Assembly (NCBI GenBank): GCA_964187785.1
Contig: OZ076409.1
Location: 54,376,001-54,440,000, forward strand
Length of the DNA: 64,000 nt
Source of the DNA: Amphiscolops sp. MND2022
Taxonomy: Eukaryota
Direction: 5' to 3'
Shown in pieces: positions 36,500 to 50,850 of the stretch (within the stretch, counting starts at the first letter, position 1; each line of letters opens with the position of its first letter). The notes under the pieces were generated by a model. The model was not told where the DNA came from, searched no databases, and saw only the letters and a program-made list of their open reading frames with translations. The translations under genes were made by a program, and so were the position numbers.

Positions 36500-37760
36500 A
36501 AAACTTCAGATTATCCAGCTGGGCGGTAAAAATACACCGCTTTTTCTTTCGTGCCGGGGAAGTAGGCATCTTCCTTTTTGCGAAAGTGCATTTTCCAGTT
36601 GCACTGCGTTTTCCAAAAGTTGCAGGTGGGTCCAAAAGACGAGACGCGATCGGGAAAGCTTCCTATTTCACTGGGAGTGCCAACATTCAGAGAATTTGGT
36701 TTTCGTCAAGTCACTTCTCTTTAGAAAGCAGCTCCACACGTTCGCACTTTCAGGGGAAAAGTTGAAATCCCTGTTTAATGAATATAGCGCAGAAGGACTG
36801 CCGGTGCCGTGTACTTCTGGTAATTTTCTCGGGCTATTTGAGTTCCACAGAGTTCCGCAACATACCATCGGAACCTTTACTGTAAAGCAAAATGGAGTCG
36901 ACATCAAATAGCTGGAGAACATTCGCAATCTTTTGTTTTTAATATTTCAAAATTATTCATAATAATGACTAAGTATTTCTAGTTATCCATGATTTTTATC
37001 ATCCCTGAATAGTTCTCGCTCGTAATAGGATTTTACTAGTGCTAGTTCCCTATGATGGCCGTAATCTTGCTCAATTTTTTAAAATCTAAAATGATAAATT
37101 TTTGCAAAAATGCCCCGTTTTTTTTCATCACAAAACCCCCATACCAAAGGAATATTGCCGATGATTGGTCTGTCACCCTTATATTGTACACAATTCATAA
37201 AACGACCGAATGTTTTCATGATTTAAAAGTTCCATCGCATAAAATTGCGTATCAATCCGATAACATTTGGGCAATTTGGTTCGTCGCAAAAGGTGCAAAA
37301 TCTCTGCTTTTTTCGTGTTTTCGTGTTTCACCAACAAAATTGTTTCGATCATTATATTTTTCCATCTGCTTGGAACGATGAAACGTCCGGGATTGCTCAG
37401 AATGTTTGACAGTTTCTGTGATCTCTGATCGGGCACAGTTTAGGGTACTTTCGACTGATTGAAGCGGGGGCAGCACATCAGTGGCACTTTTCGCACAAAC
37501 ATCATCGTAAAATGTCTTGACTGTTTTAAGGATCTTTTCGGATGGTTTTTCTTCAGTTCTGCATAAATTTCGGCTTTCTTTCAGACTTGGGTCTACAGTG
37601 TATGATTGTGCAAATTAGGTGAATTGTTTTCATTATTCGTAAAATTGGGAAATACTGTCATGGTGAACTGCATCTTAGATACCAGGTACTTGGATATTTT
37701 TTCAACTTGTACGGATGCCCATTGTAAAAGAAGATTCCCCCCATTTTTTCAGACTCAAAA
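36500..37760 (-). pseudogene. Decayed MULE/Mutator (FLYWCH, Phantom-like) transposase
   Basis: Manual minus-strand translation across frameshifts gives, in MULE order: FYNGHPY..WYLRC..LHNH (FLYWCH-like), LPPLQSVESTLNCARS, ILCDGTFKS, FYELCTI and TKTKFSECWHSQ (like RTNNxxEGWH). Confidence 0.7.
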
Positions 37761-40700
37761 GAAAAGGTTTCTCAACGTATTCGCGATTTCCATATCGATT
37801 ACTTCCAAGAGCGTTTTTTTGAATTTTTCTAAATTTTAATATTAATTCAAATCGTACTTTTACTCAAATGTCATTGTTCCACGAATTGATGTCACCATGG
37901 TTTTAAATTTTATTTGGAATTTTATATGGAGTCGATTTTTGAATTTGATCGTTCGACGAGGTTAGGTCGCCGTAGTTTCATTTTGATCTCTTTTTTGAGT
38001 CATATTTTTCATCGAAAACGTTTGCTGCAAATCTATTGGCGAACGAAACTTTTCTGTTGTTCGAAATCATGTTTTTCAGTTGTTTGGGAATTTCGTCAAA
38101 TTAAAGTAAGAGAACAAAATCTCTTGGTTTTCGCTAACTTAGGAAAAGTATAAAGGGACTGAGTGTGTCAGGCTGCGCAAGAATTGGGAAGCCAACAACT
38201 ACGTTTCATTTTTCGCATTTTCAAATGATCGCGTGATTTTGACTTTCTGTCTGCTTGAGTTTTTGTCCCGTGGGTACAGAAAAACAAAAAAACGCCAAAA
38301 CTGTCTGAACGAAATAGTAGTAAAAACTAACCTTGAATCAATGCTTTTTATCAAGTTATTTTTGCAGTCTCTGATTAAACTTGCAAAACCACTTGTTTTC
38401 AATCCAAACACGAGAAATCCGTAGGTTAAATGTATGGTCAAAAAATAAATTGTGCTATTTTTGCTGTCGGGGTAATTTTACTTCTGTTTTCAGAAATTTA
38501 ACTTCTTCCGTCGTTTGAAAGTATTGACAACTGTTCTAATGAAGAATAAGTACGGCTGGGGGTGCAAAAAATTACTAGGGGTAAAAAATAGTGGTAATGA
38601 AAATGGGAAACATGACAGAGAATATGAAATTTATTAAATTCTTTCAAATTGAACGGTCATGACATGTCTTTCTCCAACAAATTTTGTTCAAGACACAAGA
38701 CTAAACAAACCGTATTACGCAACATATTCACTTCAATCAGTTCATACATTTATAATCAAAATTGTATCTAAAATCAAAATACCTGCCTTAGCCTGTTGAA
38801 AACAGCAGCTTCCTATTGCGCCATGAATGAAAAATTTCAACATTTTTTGGCATCATTTTCTAAATTTTTTAAAAATAGTCAACTAAGATTTATATTTAGA
38901 AGACGCTCTATCAATCAGCTAATGGAAAATCAGCTTTCAAATCATTTTCGAAATTTTTATGTGATAAAACGCAGCAAGGTAAACAAAATTTTTGCTAACC
39001 GCGGTATAATTTCAATCAGGCGTTTCAAAATTCGTGTTAATTTATCACCTTTAGAAAGGTGTCGAGAATACTCATTCTCCACAAAGCCGCGATAATTTCA
39101 TTTCGGTCAACAGAGACTTACCAGTAAATTAGATTTGCCGCCTTCCTTGGGTATTAATTCAATCCATTGACCTTTCACGACAATCGGGAAATTCAAGTAA
39201 TACGAAGTAAAGTGGGAATCGGTGAAATTACAACATACTTTCCCATTTTCCAAAAGTAAACAACTTTTGCTTTCTACTCAAATACGCAGCAACAAAATTA
39301 TCTTGCAATGAAAATTTTTATTGGCGAATAAACATGGTGTGCTAGTCCACACTTATTTTGGTGGTTAATTCACAGCAGAATGTCAGACGCAAAAATGGAA
39401 AAAATGTATATGTTTTCCCAAATTTCAAAAATACATTCTGATACAATCATTCTGTCCTTCCGTTGCTGTTGTTGCTATAGCTGTTACTGTTGACTTACTA
39501 CCGTTATTTGCGGCAGAAAATAACCAAGCAATCACCCACCGATCACTGTCCCTTTAAAGTGAACAACCCAACAACAACCCCCCCCAGATGGGTGACCAAA
39601 GTATAACGACAGTAAATAACAAACTTTTTTCAACTTGTGATGCATATTGTCCTGGTTTTATTTTACCAACGCCTGAGTCTGAAGCGGCTGCAAAAATGAC
39701 GGGAAGTTGTTGTAAAAGTGTGGGAATTCGCAAAAAAGTGAAGGAACTGAGCACGTATAAAAGGAAAGTGCTGCGGTGCTAACTACATGACGTTACACTG
39801 TGTGATATAATTTGTTTGGTCTATCATCTGTTCTACCTGCGAATTGTCTGTTATAAATTAATAAGCCAAGATCAATTCGCCACCGGTTCTATTTTATTTT
39901 CCCCTGCACCGTTTCCTCAACTTGTTAAGGCTTTGACAGTCATCTAATGACTTCATGCTAAAAGAAGTTTCTCACACCATGCTAATTCTGCCCAGAAGCT
40001 TTTTAAAAAGAAAAAATATGTAAAAAAAATCCAGAAACACCCACTTTTGGTTATTTTCTCGGTTGGTTGTTTTTGACTTTGATTCATCTTATTCGCATCA
40101 TAAGATTCAACAACTGGAAGGAAACATTCCGCGCAAGAAAACAAAAACAAGAAAAAAATAACATGAAAAAGAGTCTTCATGCCAAGGGCGAGGAATTAGA
40201 AATAACATACCACAAATCAGGAATATTTTAGATATATATGAGCTTATAAGCAAAGATAAGTGCAGAGTATATTTTGAATTATAATGTCGCTCAAAAACAG
40301 TGGTTTTCAGTTTTGTAAAAGAAAGAAAATGAAGAAAGAAGAAAGAAGTGATGTTGAAAAAGTTCTGAATAAAGAAACTATCTTCAAGAATTATTTTCAC
40401 CAGTAATATGACAGGGACAGGATTTAGAGACAAAAAATTGCCCCAATGTTGAAGCGCATATAATTCTAATTGAGAATTGCATGTTATACAGCCATTCGGG
40501 TATCTAAATCCTTGAAGCATAAAGGTCTTAATAGATTCTGTTTATTTTAACTACATTTAGAAGACAAGGCGCATGCTGAGCTTCGGGATAATTTCCACCC
40601 TGACGAATCTTAACTAAACAAAATACTAACACTCAAGCGTTGTGAGCAAACTTATGTCAACGACGATCTTTGAAATTTGTACGATTTAACATTTTTCATT

Positions 40701-41037
40701 TAAACTTTTTGGATCACTTTAGGCATTTTCTTCAGCTTTGAGATTTCTCCATTCAAAGAAGCTTTGTATGTTTCCCTAGTTTTCAGCTGGGTAGACACTG
40801 AAGAAGCAGTCGAATTGCATGCTATGGAAGTGTATTTGCAGTCCACCGATCAAGCAATGTTTGGCTAGAAGCTCTACTTTCAAAGTGATTCGTAAAAACT
40901 TAACAAAGGTTTGATCGCGCACAGTTGCTTTCTATTCTTCTTCTTTCTACCATATTCGGTATTTTTGTGAATATATGGTTATACTACTAAGATAAGGATG
41001 AAGATTAAGTTTTTGCTCAAATACGACAATGATGAGT

Positions 41038-41357
<320 letters not shown>

Positions 41358-41712
41358 AGCCATGCCGACCGCTCAAGCCACGATACCATGCTTCCTAAAA
41401 AGGTGCTAAAAAGTCGCATTTCTTCATTAGACCTTGGATTTCAGGCCGAAAAACTTTGTAACATTAAACAAAACGTGTATAAAAAGATTAACAATTCAAG
41501 TAAAAATCAATGTTTTACTAACTTGGCACGAATTTTACCGGTACTTTTTTCATGAAAGTTTATATAACGCCGGAATATAAAACGCTTAGATAAATATTAT
41601 TTCGTCATGGAGCTCTGTGGATATTCAACGTGACGAAAATATTTGAAAATTTGAAACTGAAAACAATAAAAATTTCTGGTCTTTTTTGTTTGTTTTTTTT
41701 TCATAAGTTTCA

Positions 41713-42084
41713 TGTTTGCAAGCAATAAGAATAAAAGTAAACAGAAACTGATCTTTTCAGCGGCGCTATAGCTTAGTGGTTAATGCGTTGGCATTCGAAT
41801 ATTACAAAAGGCGTTCGGATTGGGTTCAATTGCCGGACATGTAAAAATATTTCATATTTTGAAAAAAATTTTTGATTTCGGTAAAATAATCTTGAAAAAG
41901 GCCTTGCTATTTATGTTTACTGTTGTTATTTTTGTTGACTAATATTACTTGATCTTTTGCCAGTTGTGTCATATTACTATATACATTGTTTGATTCAGTT
42001 TGCGACCGTATATAGCCATATTCAATTGACTTTTGACTCTCAAAACAATCTATAGTGGAACCGGCAATTCTATAGTCTATTTCA
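41713..42084 (+). repeat. 5' LTR of element 2 (372 bp)
   Basis: About 12 substitutions and 1 indel relative to the 3' LTR, by manual comparison. Confidence 0.95.
41762..41842 (+). ncRNA. tRNA-like Pol III cassette in the 5' LTR of element 2
   Basis: A box TAGCTTAGTGG; B box GGTTCAATTGC (GGTTCAATTCC in the 3' LTR); acceptor and anticodon arms are degenerate. Confidence 0.75.
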
Positions 42085-42101
42085 TGGTGGCCATAGAGAG
42101 G
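42085..42101 (+). promoter_or_regulatory. Primer-binding site TGGTGGCCATAGAGAGG
   Basis: Identical to the element 1 PBS; directly follows the LTR. Confidence 0.9.
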
Positions 42102-42872
42102 CATATACATATACCTGTTTGATATATCTGTTACATGTACCTCACTTAGCTTCAATAACTCCTTCCTTCATCGCTTCCATTACTCACAACTCTGGAGGGT
42201 AGAGCAATAAGAAATTGGATCGAACTTGCAGCTCTGTGTCGGGAAATATGAACCTCATCGGAGACGCTTCTACGATTCAGTGTGAGAAACACTTTAGACA
42301 CTGTGTATGCACCGGCACCCGCTAAGGAAGAGTTTACCCAACAATTCAAGAAAGCGACCCGCTGTACCCGAACTTGTGAATCCCAGACGCCAGCCTGTGT
42401 CGCACTAGACGACGTACTATGACTTCTCAAAGTGACGTAACCTGCCGAAGGTGAATCGCTACCCACTACCCGAAGACTGCAAAACGGTTATGTTCGAGAC
42501 AAAAAAACTTTAAAAACTGAATAAAACTAGAACTTGTGCTACTTTCATAGCAAGGCCTTTGAAAATCCGTTGATATTACTTAACGTGCTTATCAAAATTG
42601 AAAGTTGATTAGAGCGGTAAAAAATTTCTTCTGAGTGGAAATTTTTGTCTTTTGTGCTTTGTGAGAAAAACAACTCAGGTACCTTTACGGTCGATCAGTA
42701 TCGAAAACCCAGTGACCCAATTTGGAAGCCTTTAATGTAATCCGAATGTAGCCTAATCCGAAAAAAATATCGTAAATTAGCATTTGCATCCTTTCACAAG
42801 AGGTGACGAAAAAGAAACATTTCTCATCGGATTTTTCAAAAACTTTCCATATTCCCATCGAAAAAAAACCTA

Positions 42873-43490
42873 ATGGTATACATTTTAGCGGCAAGGTCCG
42901 TTGATCATGCTCTTAACACCCTAAACCCCAAAAACCGAAAAACCTATAAAGAGAAAATTTTCCCAATCCCGGGCCTGAGCCTTAACCCCAACACGGAAAA
43001 TCCCCGAAAAATTGTGCAAAACTTGCTCTCTAAAGATCTTGCCGAAAAAACTGACATCTTTATTTGGCATGATGTGCTGAATAATAGCATTTCTAAGCAC
43101 GAGAGCAATAATTACCGAGCATTGATCGTTCCCCAATTGCTAGATATTTTGAAATCTTCCGAAAACAAACTCCGGGCTCTAGTGTATTGCCACCGAATCC
43201 GTACCTCGAATATTTTACCGAAATTGAAGGAAATTGAAAAAACCACCAACATTAAAGTGTTCAGTATCGTTGATGATTTCATTTCCACGAGAAAACAGAA
43301 AGATCCCGACTTTCTTAAAAAACTCAAGGCGTTACACCAGAGCCACGAGATTGAAATAAAGCATATTGACTTTTTTCTGAGAAAAGAGAGCGAGCTTGAC
43401 GCTATCACCGACAAAAGCCGCCCCAAGCGGCCTAGTATGCGCGCCCGAAAGGCAATCAAGAGTGCAGCGGCAGTCGCTGCTTCGTCCTAG
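42873..43490 (+). CDS. Accessory ORF0 of element 2 (205 aa), homologue of 24357-24965
   Basis: Open frame sharing IPGLSLNPNT, IWHDVLNNSISKH, ALVYC, KALHQS and ITDKSRPKRPS. Confidence 0.85.
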   Translation: MVYILAARSVDHALNTLNPKNRKTYKEKIFPIPGLSLNPNTENPRKIVQNLLSKDLAEKTDIFIWHDVLNNSISKHESNNYRALIVPQLLDILKSSENKLRALVYCHRIRTSNILPKLKEIEKTTNIKVFSIVDDFISTRKQKDPDFLKKLKALHQSHEIEIKHIDFFLRKESELDAITDKSRPKRPSMRARKAIKSAAAVAASS

Positions 43491-43509
43491 ACCCCCTTCA
43501 ACTGTCTTC

Positions 43510-43959
43510 ACTGTACTCTAGTTACGGTGTCTGGACTTCATTGTCGGGTTGAAGTTTCTACAGTAGTTTACCCGTCTTCTTGAGTTGTGTCCGGACTTAA
43601 TTGTCCGGTTGATACTCAGAAGTCTACTCCCCGTCTTTCTTCCTGCCGTTTGGACAGTGTCCAGACTTAATTGTCTGGTTGAAGTCCTTTCGGCCTTCTT
43701 CCGCCCCATGGACACTTAATATTGGACGAACCATTGTCCTTTCGGGAAGAGCGTGTTTTAAATCATCGTCTCGTCCCATGTAACTTCTTCCTGTGTCTTG
43801 TAGTTACTTTTAAAAAACAAAAAATCGCAAAACTACTCTACCGTTGCTGTTATCGTGAGATACAGCTCCCATCATCCAAAACACACCGTTACCGTTAACC
43901 CAAAATTTCTCCGTTCAGCTGTGTCTAAGCTTAATTGCTTGGTTGACGCTGTCGAAGAA
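43510..43959 (+). ncRNA. Four copies of the conserved stem-loop (43510-43564, 43576-43622, 43645-43694, 43907-43959)
   Basis: Inner stems ctggac/gtcggg, ccggac/gtccgg, ccagac/gtctgg and ctaagc/gcttgg around TTCATT or TTAATT loops. Confidence 0.75.
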
Positions 43960-44035
43960 GTTACTCCTCGATCTATTTGATTTAACACTTTCCTTACTAC
44001 ATTGATTCATTCTCTAACAAAAGATCACGACAAAG

Positions 44036-47000
44036 ATGACCGACACCAGACAAGACAAAGTTAGAAAACTTTTCGAAAGTCGTGCCAAAGCTGAGACCGA
44101 GTTACAAAGATTGCAAAAAAACTTCAAGATGCCGTGGAGAACAAAGATAGACGTGTCCGCGTCGAAAGACTTGTTACTTCCTGCGACGAAGCGATGACGA
44201 AACTGTTTGCCAAACATGAACAACTTTTCGAACTCGCTGGCAAAACCGAAGACCCATCACTTGTTAAACAAGATTTGGAAACTTGGTTGAATGAAGTGAC
44301 CACTCGAAACGATGAGATTTTGAAGAAGGCTCCTGATTACATTGATCAATGCCCACTAGTCGATGGAGCATCTCAATCGTCAACGACTGTCTTCAAGAGC
44401 AAGCAACCAAGCAAAACGTCTGCTTCAAGAACATCCACACAATCGAGAACCTCCAGTCAACGACAAAGAGACTTGTTGATTGCCAAGCAACGTAAGGAGG
44501 AGATAGAAAGGCAAAACGAAGCCTCCCTTAGAATTGCAAAGAAACAGCAGGAGCTGGAACTCGAACGTCTACAGGAAGAACAGGAACTACTTAGACTGAG
44601 GACCGACCGACTTAAGAAAGAACAAGCACTTCGAGTTGAACAGTTAGAAGAAGAACACCGAAAGAAATTAGCTGAACCAACACTCACTGAGCTTGAACTG
44701 ACCGAGGACTTGTCGGACTCTCAATCGGAGTTTCTAGACACAGTTTCACAACTAGCGGCTTCGACTAAAGCCGACGATACTGTCCGAGTCAGCGACTGGG
44801 TTAGCAATTCACCCGTTGCTACTGCAAGTGATCCCACAAACACCGTTATTTTGGAACCGAACGTTGCTATCGTCACTACCGCAGCACAAAATTCAGTCAA
44901 CAGAGGACCTCCTACAACAACACCAACACCTAGCTTCCCAGTAGTGACTCCTGTAGCCCCCCCCAACAGCTACAGCGACTAGCAATATGCATTTAGCTAC
45001 AGGACCAGGTTCAATAGTTTCCCTACCAAACACTGGCCACGTCCAGGTTCCCCAGTTGACCACAACGTTTCAGGGGACAAATGCTACATCGGTTTGCAAA
45101 CAACTGTTTCAGCCTCAGCTCCTTTGGCAACCGCCACGTCAATGCCGATTTCAACAGTCACCGTTCCCGCAAGTCATGTTCTTCCGAATTTATCAGCCTG
45201 GACGTTTCCGACAGGACCAAGTAACCCGACCTGTGTTTCCGACAGTTTTACCGGCTACTAGTGTCACCCAACAGCTTCGCTTGTTATCCCAGTCACCGCT
45301 GGAGGAACAGTATACTATATTAACCCGACGTCTCTAGCAACTGTGCCCGCACCGAGCAGCGCACCAGTACCGACTACTTTCCCGGCCGTTCCTTCAACAG
45401 CAACACTATTGGCAACTCCTCCATTCGTCACTGTACCGCAACCCGCTACTACCAGTTTCACTATCCAAGATCTTGCGCAACTGTTAGCGTCCTCGAAAAG
45501 GGATCACCTCCCTGAATGGAAACTGGCCCAGTACAGTGGAGATCCACTTCAATGGCACGAGTGGTTTGGCCAGTTCAAGAGTGCCATCGATTCAGCCCCT
45601 CTTACCGATGACGTGAAACTGACCTACCTGAAGACACTGGTGTCCGGTAAGGCGAAAACTGCTACCGCCGAGTTTGCATACTGCGCTACTATGTACAAAG
45701 ACGCGCTGAAAACGTTGGAACGAAAGTTTGGGCAGCCTCAGACTGTTGTCAGTGCCTACCTCGACAAACTTGCCAACTATCCGCCAGTAAAGATGCACAA
45801 TAGCGACAGTATCATCAGCTATTCTGCCACAGTTTCCTCATTGGTTGGTGTTTTCAGATCCTTGAACTACCTGCAGGATCTGTCGAGTGCTTCTCTCCTG
45901 GGCCAAGCGGTTCAAAAACTTCCACCAAATTTGAAGGAAGCGTGGTTGATGAACACCGTCAAACGGAATCTGGATCGGCCGACCTTGATTCACTTTAACG
46001 ATTGGCTAAAGGAGAAGGCAGAGGCACATGAAAGAATGAAAGCCGCCTCCAGTAAACCAAGATCCGAAGAAGTTCCTGTCACTACCGTAACCAAGACGAA
46101 AACAGGAACCAAGATTTTTGCGGCGACCACCAGTAAGCAAGGGAACGCTGCTACCAAGGTTAAAAGTGAGAAACAATGGGTCGCTTGAAAAGACAGTCAC
46201 CCCCTTTGGCATTGTAGAGTGTTCCGCCGAAAAACTCCGACAGAGAAAACCAAGCTAGCCGCTGAGAGCAAACTTTGCTTTTCTTGCCTAAACGAAGGGC
46301 ATTCATTCCGGCAATGCCCGCAACCAAGAAAATGCGCAAAAGACAGCTGTAGCAGCTCTCATAACACCATACTTCACGGGTCCGACAGAATTGTTCCACA
46401 GAAAAATCCCGGCGACGCGAAAAATTCTCAAAGTAAAACGCCAAAGGTCAGCCAAAGACAAACAGGCAGCGAAAGCTCCGGCATGCCTTCCGTAACCGAC
46501 GTCAAAGGCTTGTTGCAAATAACAGAAGTCGAATTGACATCGCCGTCGAGCTCTGCTAAAATTCTTGCTCTATGTGACTCAGCTTGTAGTCATTCATGGA
46601 GCTCGAGAAGATTAGCCGACAAGCTACAAGTTAAGGGCTCAGCAACCAAGTTAACCGTACATGGGATAAACTCCCAACAACTTATCGACACGGAAACAGT
46701 TGAGCTTAAGTTGACACCCGTTCATTCGGGCGGCTCTTGTTCATCCTTTTCTGTCAATCCTTACGTCCGAGACGATTTGAAAGTTGGAAACGACATTATC
46801 GACGTTGACAAACTGAAAACGACTTACCCGCAGCTAGAACCGATCCCCCTCAGCAAGTACAGCTATTCAGACGTTGAGATGATCCTTGGTCAGGATGTCT
46901 TCCACTGTATCCGCCCATTGGAGTACTTCGAAGCCGACCGTCCGAATACTCCGATAGCCGTCCGTTCACCGTTGGGTTGGGTACTGAGTGGTCCGCTTCC

Positions 47001-50000
47001 TTCCACCACGGGTCTTTTCTCGACTTGTTTCAAAGCTGTCGCTAACTCAGAGAACGATTCTATTCTTGCAGAACAACTTCGCACCTGGTACGACATTGAG
47101 TCATATGGTGCCTACAAACAAGTTGACTCTCGCTCTGCAGCCGATGCGCGAGCGATGAAAGTCCTCGAAGAAACGACATTCAACGATGACTGCCGTTACA
47201 AAGTTGGAATGTTGGGGCCGACGAAGAAAGTACGTTGCCGAACAACTACTTCTCGGCTCTTGTACAACTTAAGTCGTTAAAACGTCGCCTCGGAAAAGAT
47301 CCTCAACTGAAAGAGAGTTACAGCAAGACAATCAGAGAGGACTTCGAGTCCGAATGTTTCCGTACCGATAACCGTCGTGAGTGGTAATTGCCAGATCACC
47401 CCGTAGTACACCCGCAGAAACCAGGCAAAGTGAGAAGAGTTCTCAAGGGTGCTGCAAAGTTCCATGGACACTCTTTGAACAACGCCCTTCTAACCGGTCC
47501 CGAACTACTGCAAAGTTTGATCCATATCCTCTTCAGATTCCGTCAATTCCCCAAGGCCGTGTCCGCCGACATTGAAGGCATGTTTTTACAAGTGGGAGTT
47601 ATACCGAAAGACCAACCGTCCATTCATTTTTTGTGGCGGGAGGATCCATCAACTGAAGTTGCTGTTTTTCAGTACGTAAGACACATCTTTGGGTCGAAAG
47701 ACTCTCCGACTTGCCCAAATTACGCTCTGAAGAGGACCGCAACCGACAACGCCGACAAATTTCTGAAAGCCGCTCAAAGCGTGCAGACGAATTTCTACAT
47801 GGACGACTACCTCGAGTCTAGTCCCACTGCCGACGAAGCTACCCAGAAAGAAAAAGACTTAGTGAAATTGCTTTCGCTGGGTGGATTCAATTTAACTAAA
47901 TTTGTGTCTAACGACCGATACATCTTGCAACAAATCGAACCAAATTCTGAGTGCCAACCCAACGATGGTAAACAGTTACCGACAACTGAGGAATCACCGC
48001 ACGTACTTGGCCTCAAATGGAACCACGTCTCGGATACACTTGTTGTTAGCCGAGGCACCACTCCCGACACAAAACGAACTGTTACTCAACGAGTTGTTCT
48101 CAGCCTCGTCTCCGCCGTGTACGACCCTATTGGACTCGTAGCACCGTACACCGTGAAAGCCCGACTTCTGCTGAAAGACATATGGAGACTGAGCGGCCAG
48201 AAATGGGATGATCTTCTTCCGGAGGTCACTGTAACCAAGTTTCTGGACTGGAGTTCTGAATTGGGAACTCTTGGTGAACTCGTGATTCCAAGAAGTTACT
48301 TCCAACAAAATGTCGAGTGTTTGGAATTACATATGTTTGGTGACAGTTCGCAAGATGTCTTTAGTGCCGTAGCGTTCCTCAGAGGGAAAATCAACACTGG
48401 AAATAGCCTTTGTGTTTGGCAAAGCACGAGGTGCGCCAATGAAAGCACTTACCATTCCCAGACTCGAACTGCAGGCCGCGTTACTCGCTGCAAGATTGAG
48501 GAACGAAGTACAACGCGCGCTCACTTTGCAGATTGATCGAACATTTATGTGGACTGACAGTACTACGGTCCTTCAGTGGCTACATTCTCTTGAGAAACAA
48601 CTGGTGTTCGTAGCAAACCGTGTTGGGGAGGTACTCGAACTGACAACTACAGATGAGTGGTACCACGTGCAATCCGCCGACAACCCTGCTGACGCCGGAA
48701 CTAGAGGTTTGTCTGCCAAGAATCTTCTGCAAAGTAGTTGGTTAAATGGCCCCGAATTCCGGAAAACAGATGAATGGCCTTTCAAGCCTTCCGAAGACTT
48801 CCGACAGAAACTGAAGCAAGTAAAACCGGATCCGACTGACGAACTAGTTCCTAAGTCTTCTTTAATGCTTTGCGAAATCCAAGTTGCAATTGCAAAAACT
48901 TTCGAGTGGCAGAAGTATTGCTCATACGAGAAACTCCGGTGCATTGCAGCCTATGTTTTGCGGCTCTTACCAAAGAACAGAGACTACAGGACTATCACTG
49001 GTGCCATTATGCACCCAGCCGAACAACGTCTTTTCTACCTGAGTCAGGCGGAATCATTCCACATTGAAAAAATTAGTTTCCTGAAGTCAACCCCGCTCAG
49101 TAAAACTTCCAAACTCGCCCAATTTTCTCCCTTCATAGGACCCAACGGGCTCCTAAGAGCTTCTGGTCGAACAAAAAACCTTGACGTTGCAACATTCGAT
49201 GTGAAACATCCCATTCTGTTGGACGCCCGACATCCCTTGGTTCGACTCTTGTTGGAACACACGCACTTTCAACATTGTCATCAAGGTGTTGACTACCTCC
49301 GCGCTTTGATACAGCAACATCTTGCGGTGGTAAAACTGCAAGCAACTTTGAGAACAATAGTTTCGAGGTGTGTTACATGCCGCAAGCGAAGGGCTGAAAC
49401 CGTTACTCCAGTGATGGCGGACCTCCCGCGAGAAAGACTTGCTTTCAAAGAACCACCTTTCTCGAACACTGGTGTAGACTATTTTGGACCCTTCTTTGTA
49501 ACCGTGAAGCGCTCCACTGAAAAACGTTGGGGATTCCTTTTCACATGTCTGACAACTCGCGCCGTTCACTTTGAAGTAGTTCCTAGCATGGACACCAGTA
49601 GCTGTGTGATGGGAATAGAAAGAGTTTGTGTCCGTCGTGGATTCCCATCAGTAATCTGGTCCGACAATGGAACAAACTTCGTTGCTAGCGAGAAAGAACT
49701 TTTGTCCAACATCAACAACTGGAACCAGTAAGTCCTCGGAGATACACTTGTAAAGAAAGGCATAAAGTGGAAATTTAACCCACCAAGTGCTCCCCATCAC
49801 GGAGGTGTTTGGGAACGCCTAGTTCGTAGCTTCAAGCACGTTTTTTATGCCATTTTAGGAAACCACCGTTTGACAGACAAAATCTTGACGACCACGTTCT
49901 GCTTGGTAGAACAATGTCTCAATGCTCGCCCAATCACTCCCGTGAGCCCTGAAGCTACTGATCTCGACGCTCTTACACCAAACCATTTTCTCCTTGGAAC

Positions 50001-50360
50001 TGCAAGTTCAACATTGCCATCACACTTCCGCCCTGAAATAGACCATAGAAAGCGATACGTTCGAGCCCAAGCGTTCTCAGACGCAATTTGGAATCGTTGG
50101 CTCAAGGAGTACGTTCCAAACCTCAACCGTCGCTCCAAATGGTCCAAGTCGTCAGCCCGAGACCTGAAAACCGGAGATCTCGTCTGGTTAGTCGAACCGA
50201 CCGCACCAAGAGGACACTACCCACTTGGTCGCGTAGTGAAGTTAAATTACGGCACCGATGCCATCGCCCGTTCAGCCGAAGTCAAGACATCTACCGGAAA
50301 CCTTGTTCGCCCAGTTGTCAAGCTCGCTCCCGTTCTCCCCATTCCCGAACAAACTTTATA
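44036..50360 (+). pseudogene. gag-pol: Disrupted BEL/Pao gag-pol of element 2
   Basis: ATG at 44036 (MTDTRQDKVRKLFESRAKAE) aligns with the element 1 N-terminus; fragments starting at 44134, 45343, 46219, 47388, 48412 and 49870 are collinear and separated by frameshifts or stops. Confidence 0.95.
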
Positions 50361-50479
50361 TTTTTGTTTTTGCTCCATTTCACCGTACATTATTTACATT
50401 ATTATATTTCATGTAACATGTAAAAAAAAGGTTTTTGTTTGATTGATCCGTTTCTTCACATCTTCTTGGGCCCGGAGGA

Positions 50480-50850
50480 TGTTGGCAAGCAATAAGATTA
50501 AAAGTAAACAGAAATTGATCTTTTCAGCGGCGCTATAGCTTAGTGGTTAATGCGTTGGCATTCGACTATTACAAAGGCGTTCGGATTGGGTTCAATTCCC
50601 GGACATGTAAAAATATTTCATATTTTGGAAATAATTTTTGATTTCGGTAAAATAACCTTGAAAAAGGCCTTGCTATTTATGTTTACTGTTGTTATTTTTG
50701 TTGACTAATATTATTTGATCTTTTGCCAGTTGTGTCATATTACTATATACATTGTTCGATTCAGTTTGCGACCGTATATAGCCATATTCAATTGACTTTT
50801 GACTCTCAAAACAATCTATAGTGGAACCGACATTTCTATAGTCTATTTCA
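50480..50850 (+). repeat. 3' LTR of element 2 (371 bp)
   Basis: Follows gggcccggagga; ends ...tatttca, then TSD TTTCA. Confidence 0.95.
50529..50608 (+). ncRNA. tRNA-like Pol III cassette in the 3' LTR of element 2
   Basis: Consensus A box TAGCTTAGTGG and B box GGTTCAATTCC; T arm TTGGG/CCCGG. Confidence 0.78.

Larger units (their letters stand above)
41713..50850 (+). mobile_element. Decayed full-length BEL/Pao LTR retrotransposon (element 2)
   Basis: LTRs 41713-42084 and 50480-50850; TSD TTTCA at 41708-41712 and 50851-50855; same PBS and PPT as element 1. Confidence 0.96.

Noticed and set aside
39953..40520. Possible membrane-protein exons on the minus strand
   Set aside because: Hydrophobicity is explained by T-rich composition; no recognisable motif or consistent splice structure
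42873..43490. Host domestication of ORF0 because it stays open while gag-pol is broken
   Set aside because: At the lesion density of the 6.3-kb gag-pol, a 0.6-kb ORF could easily stay open by chance
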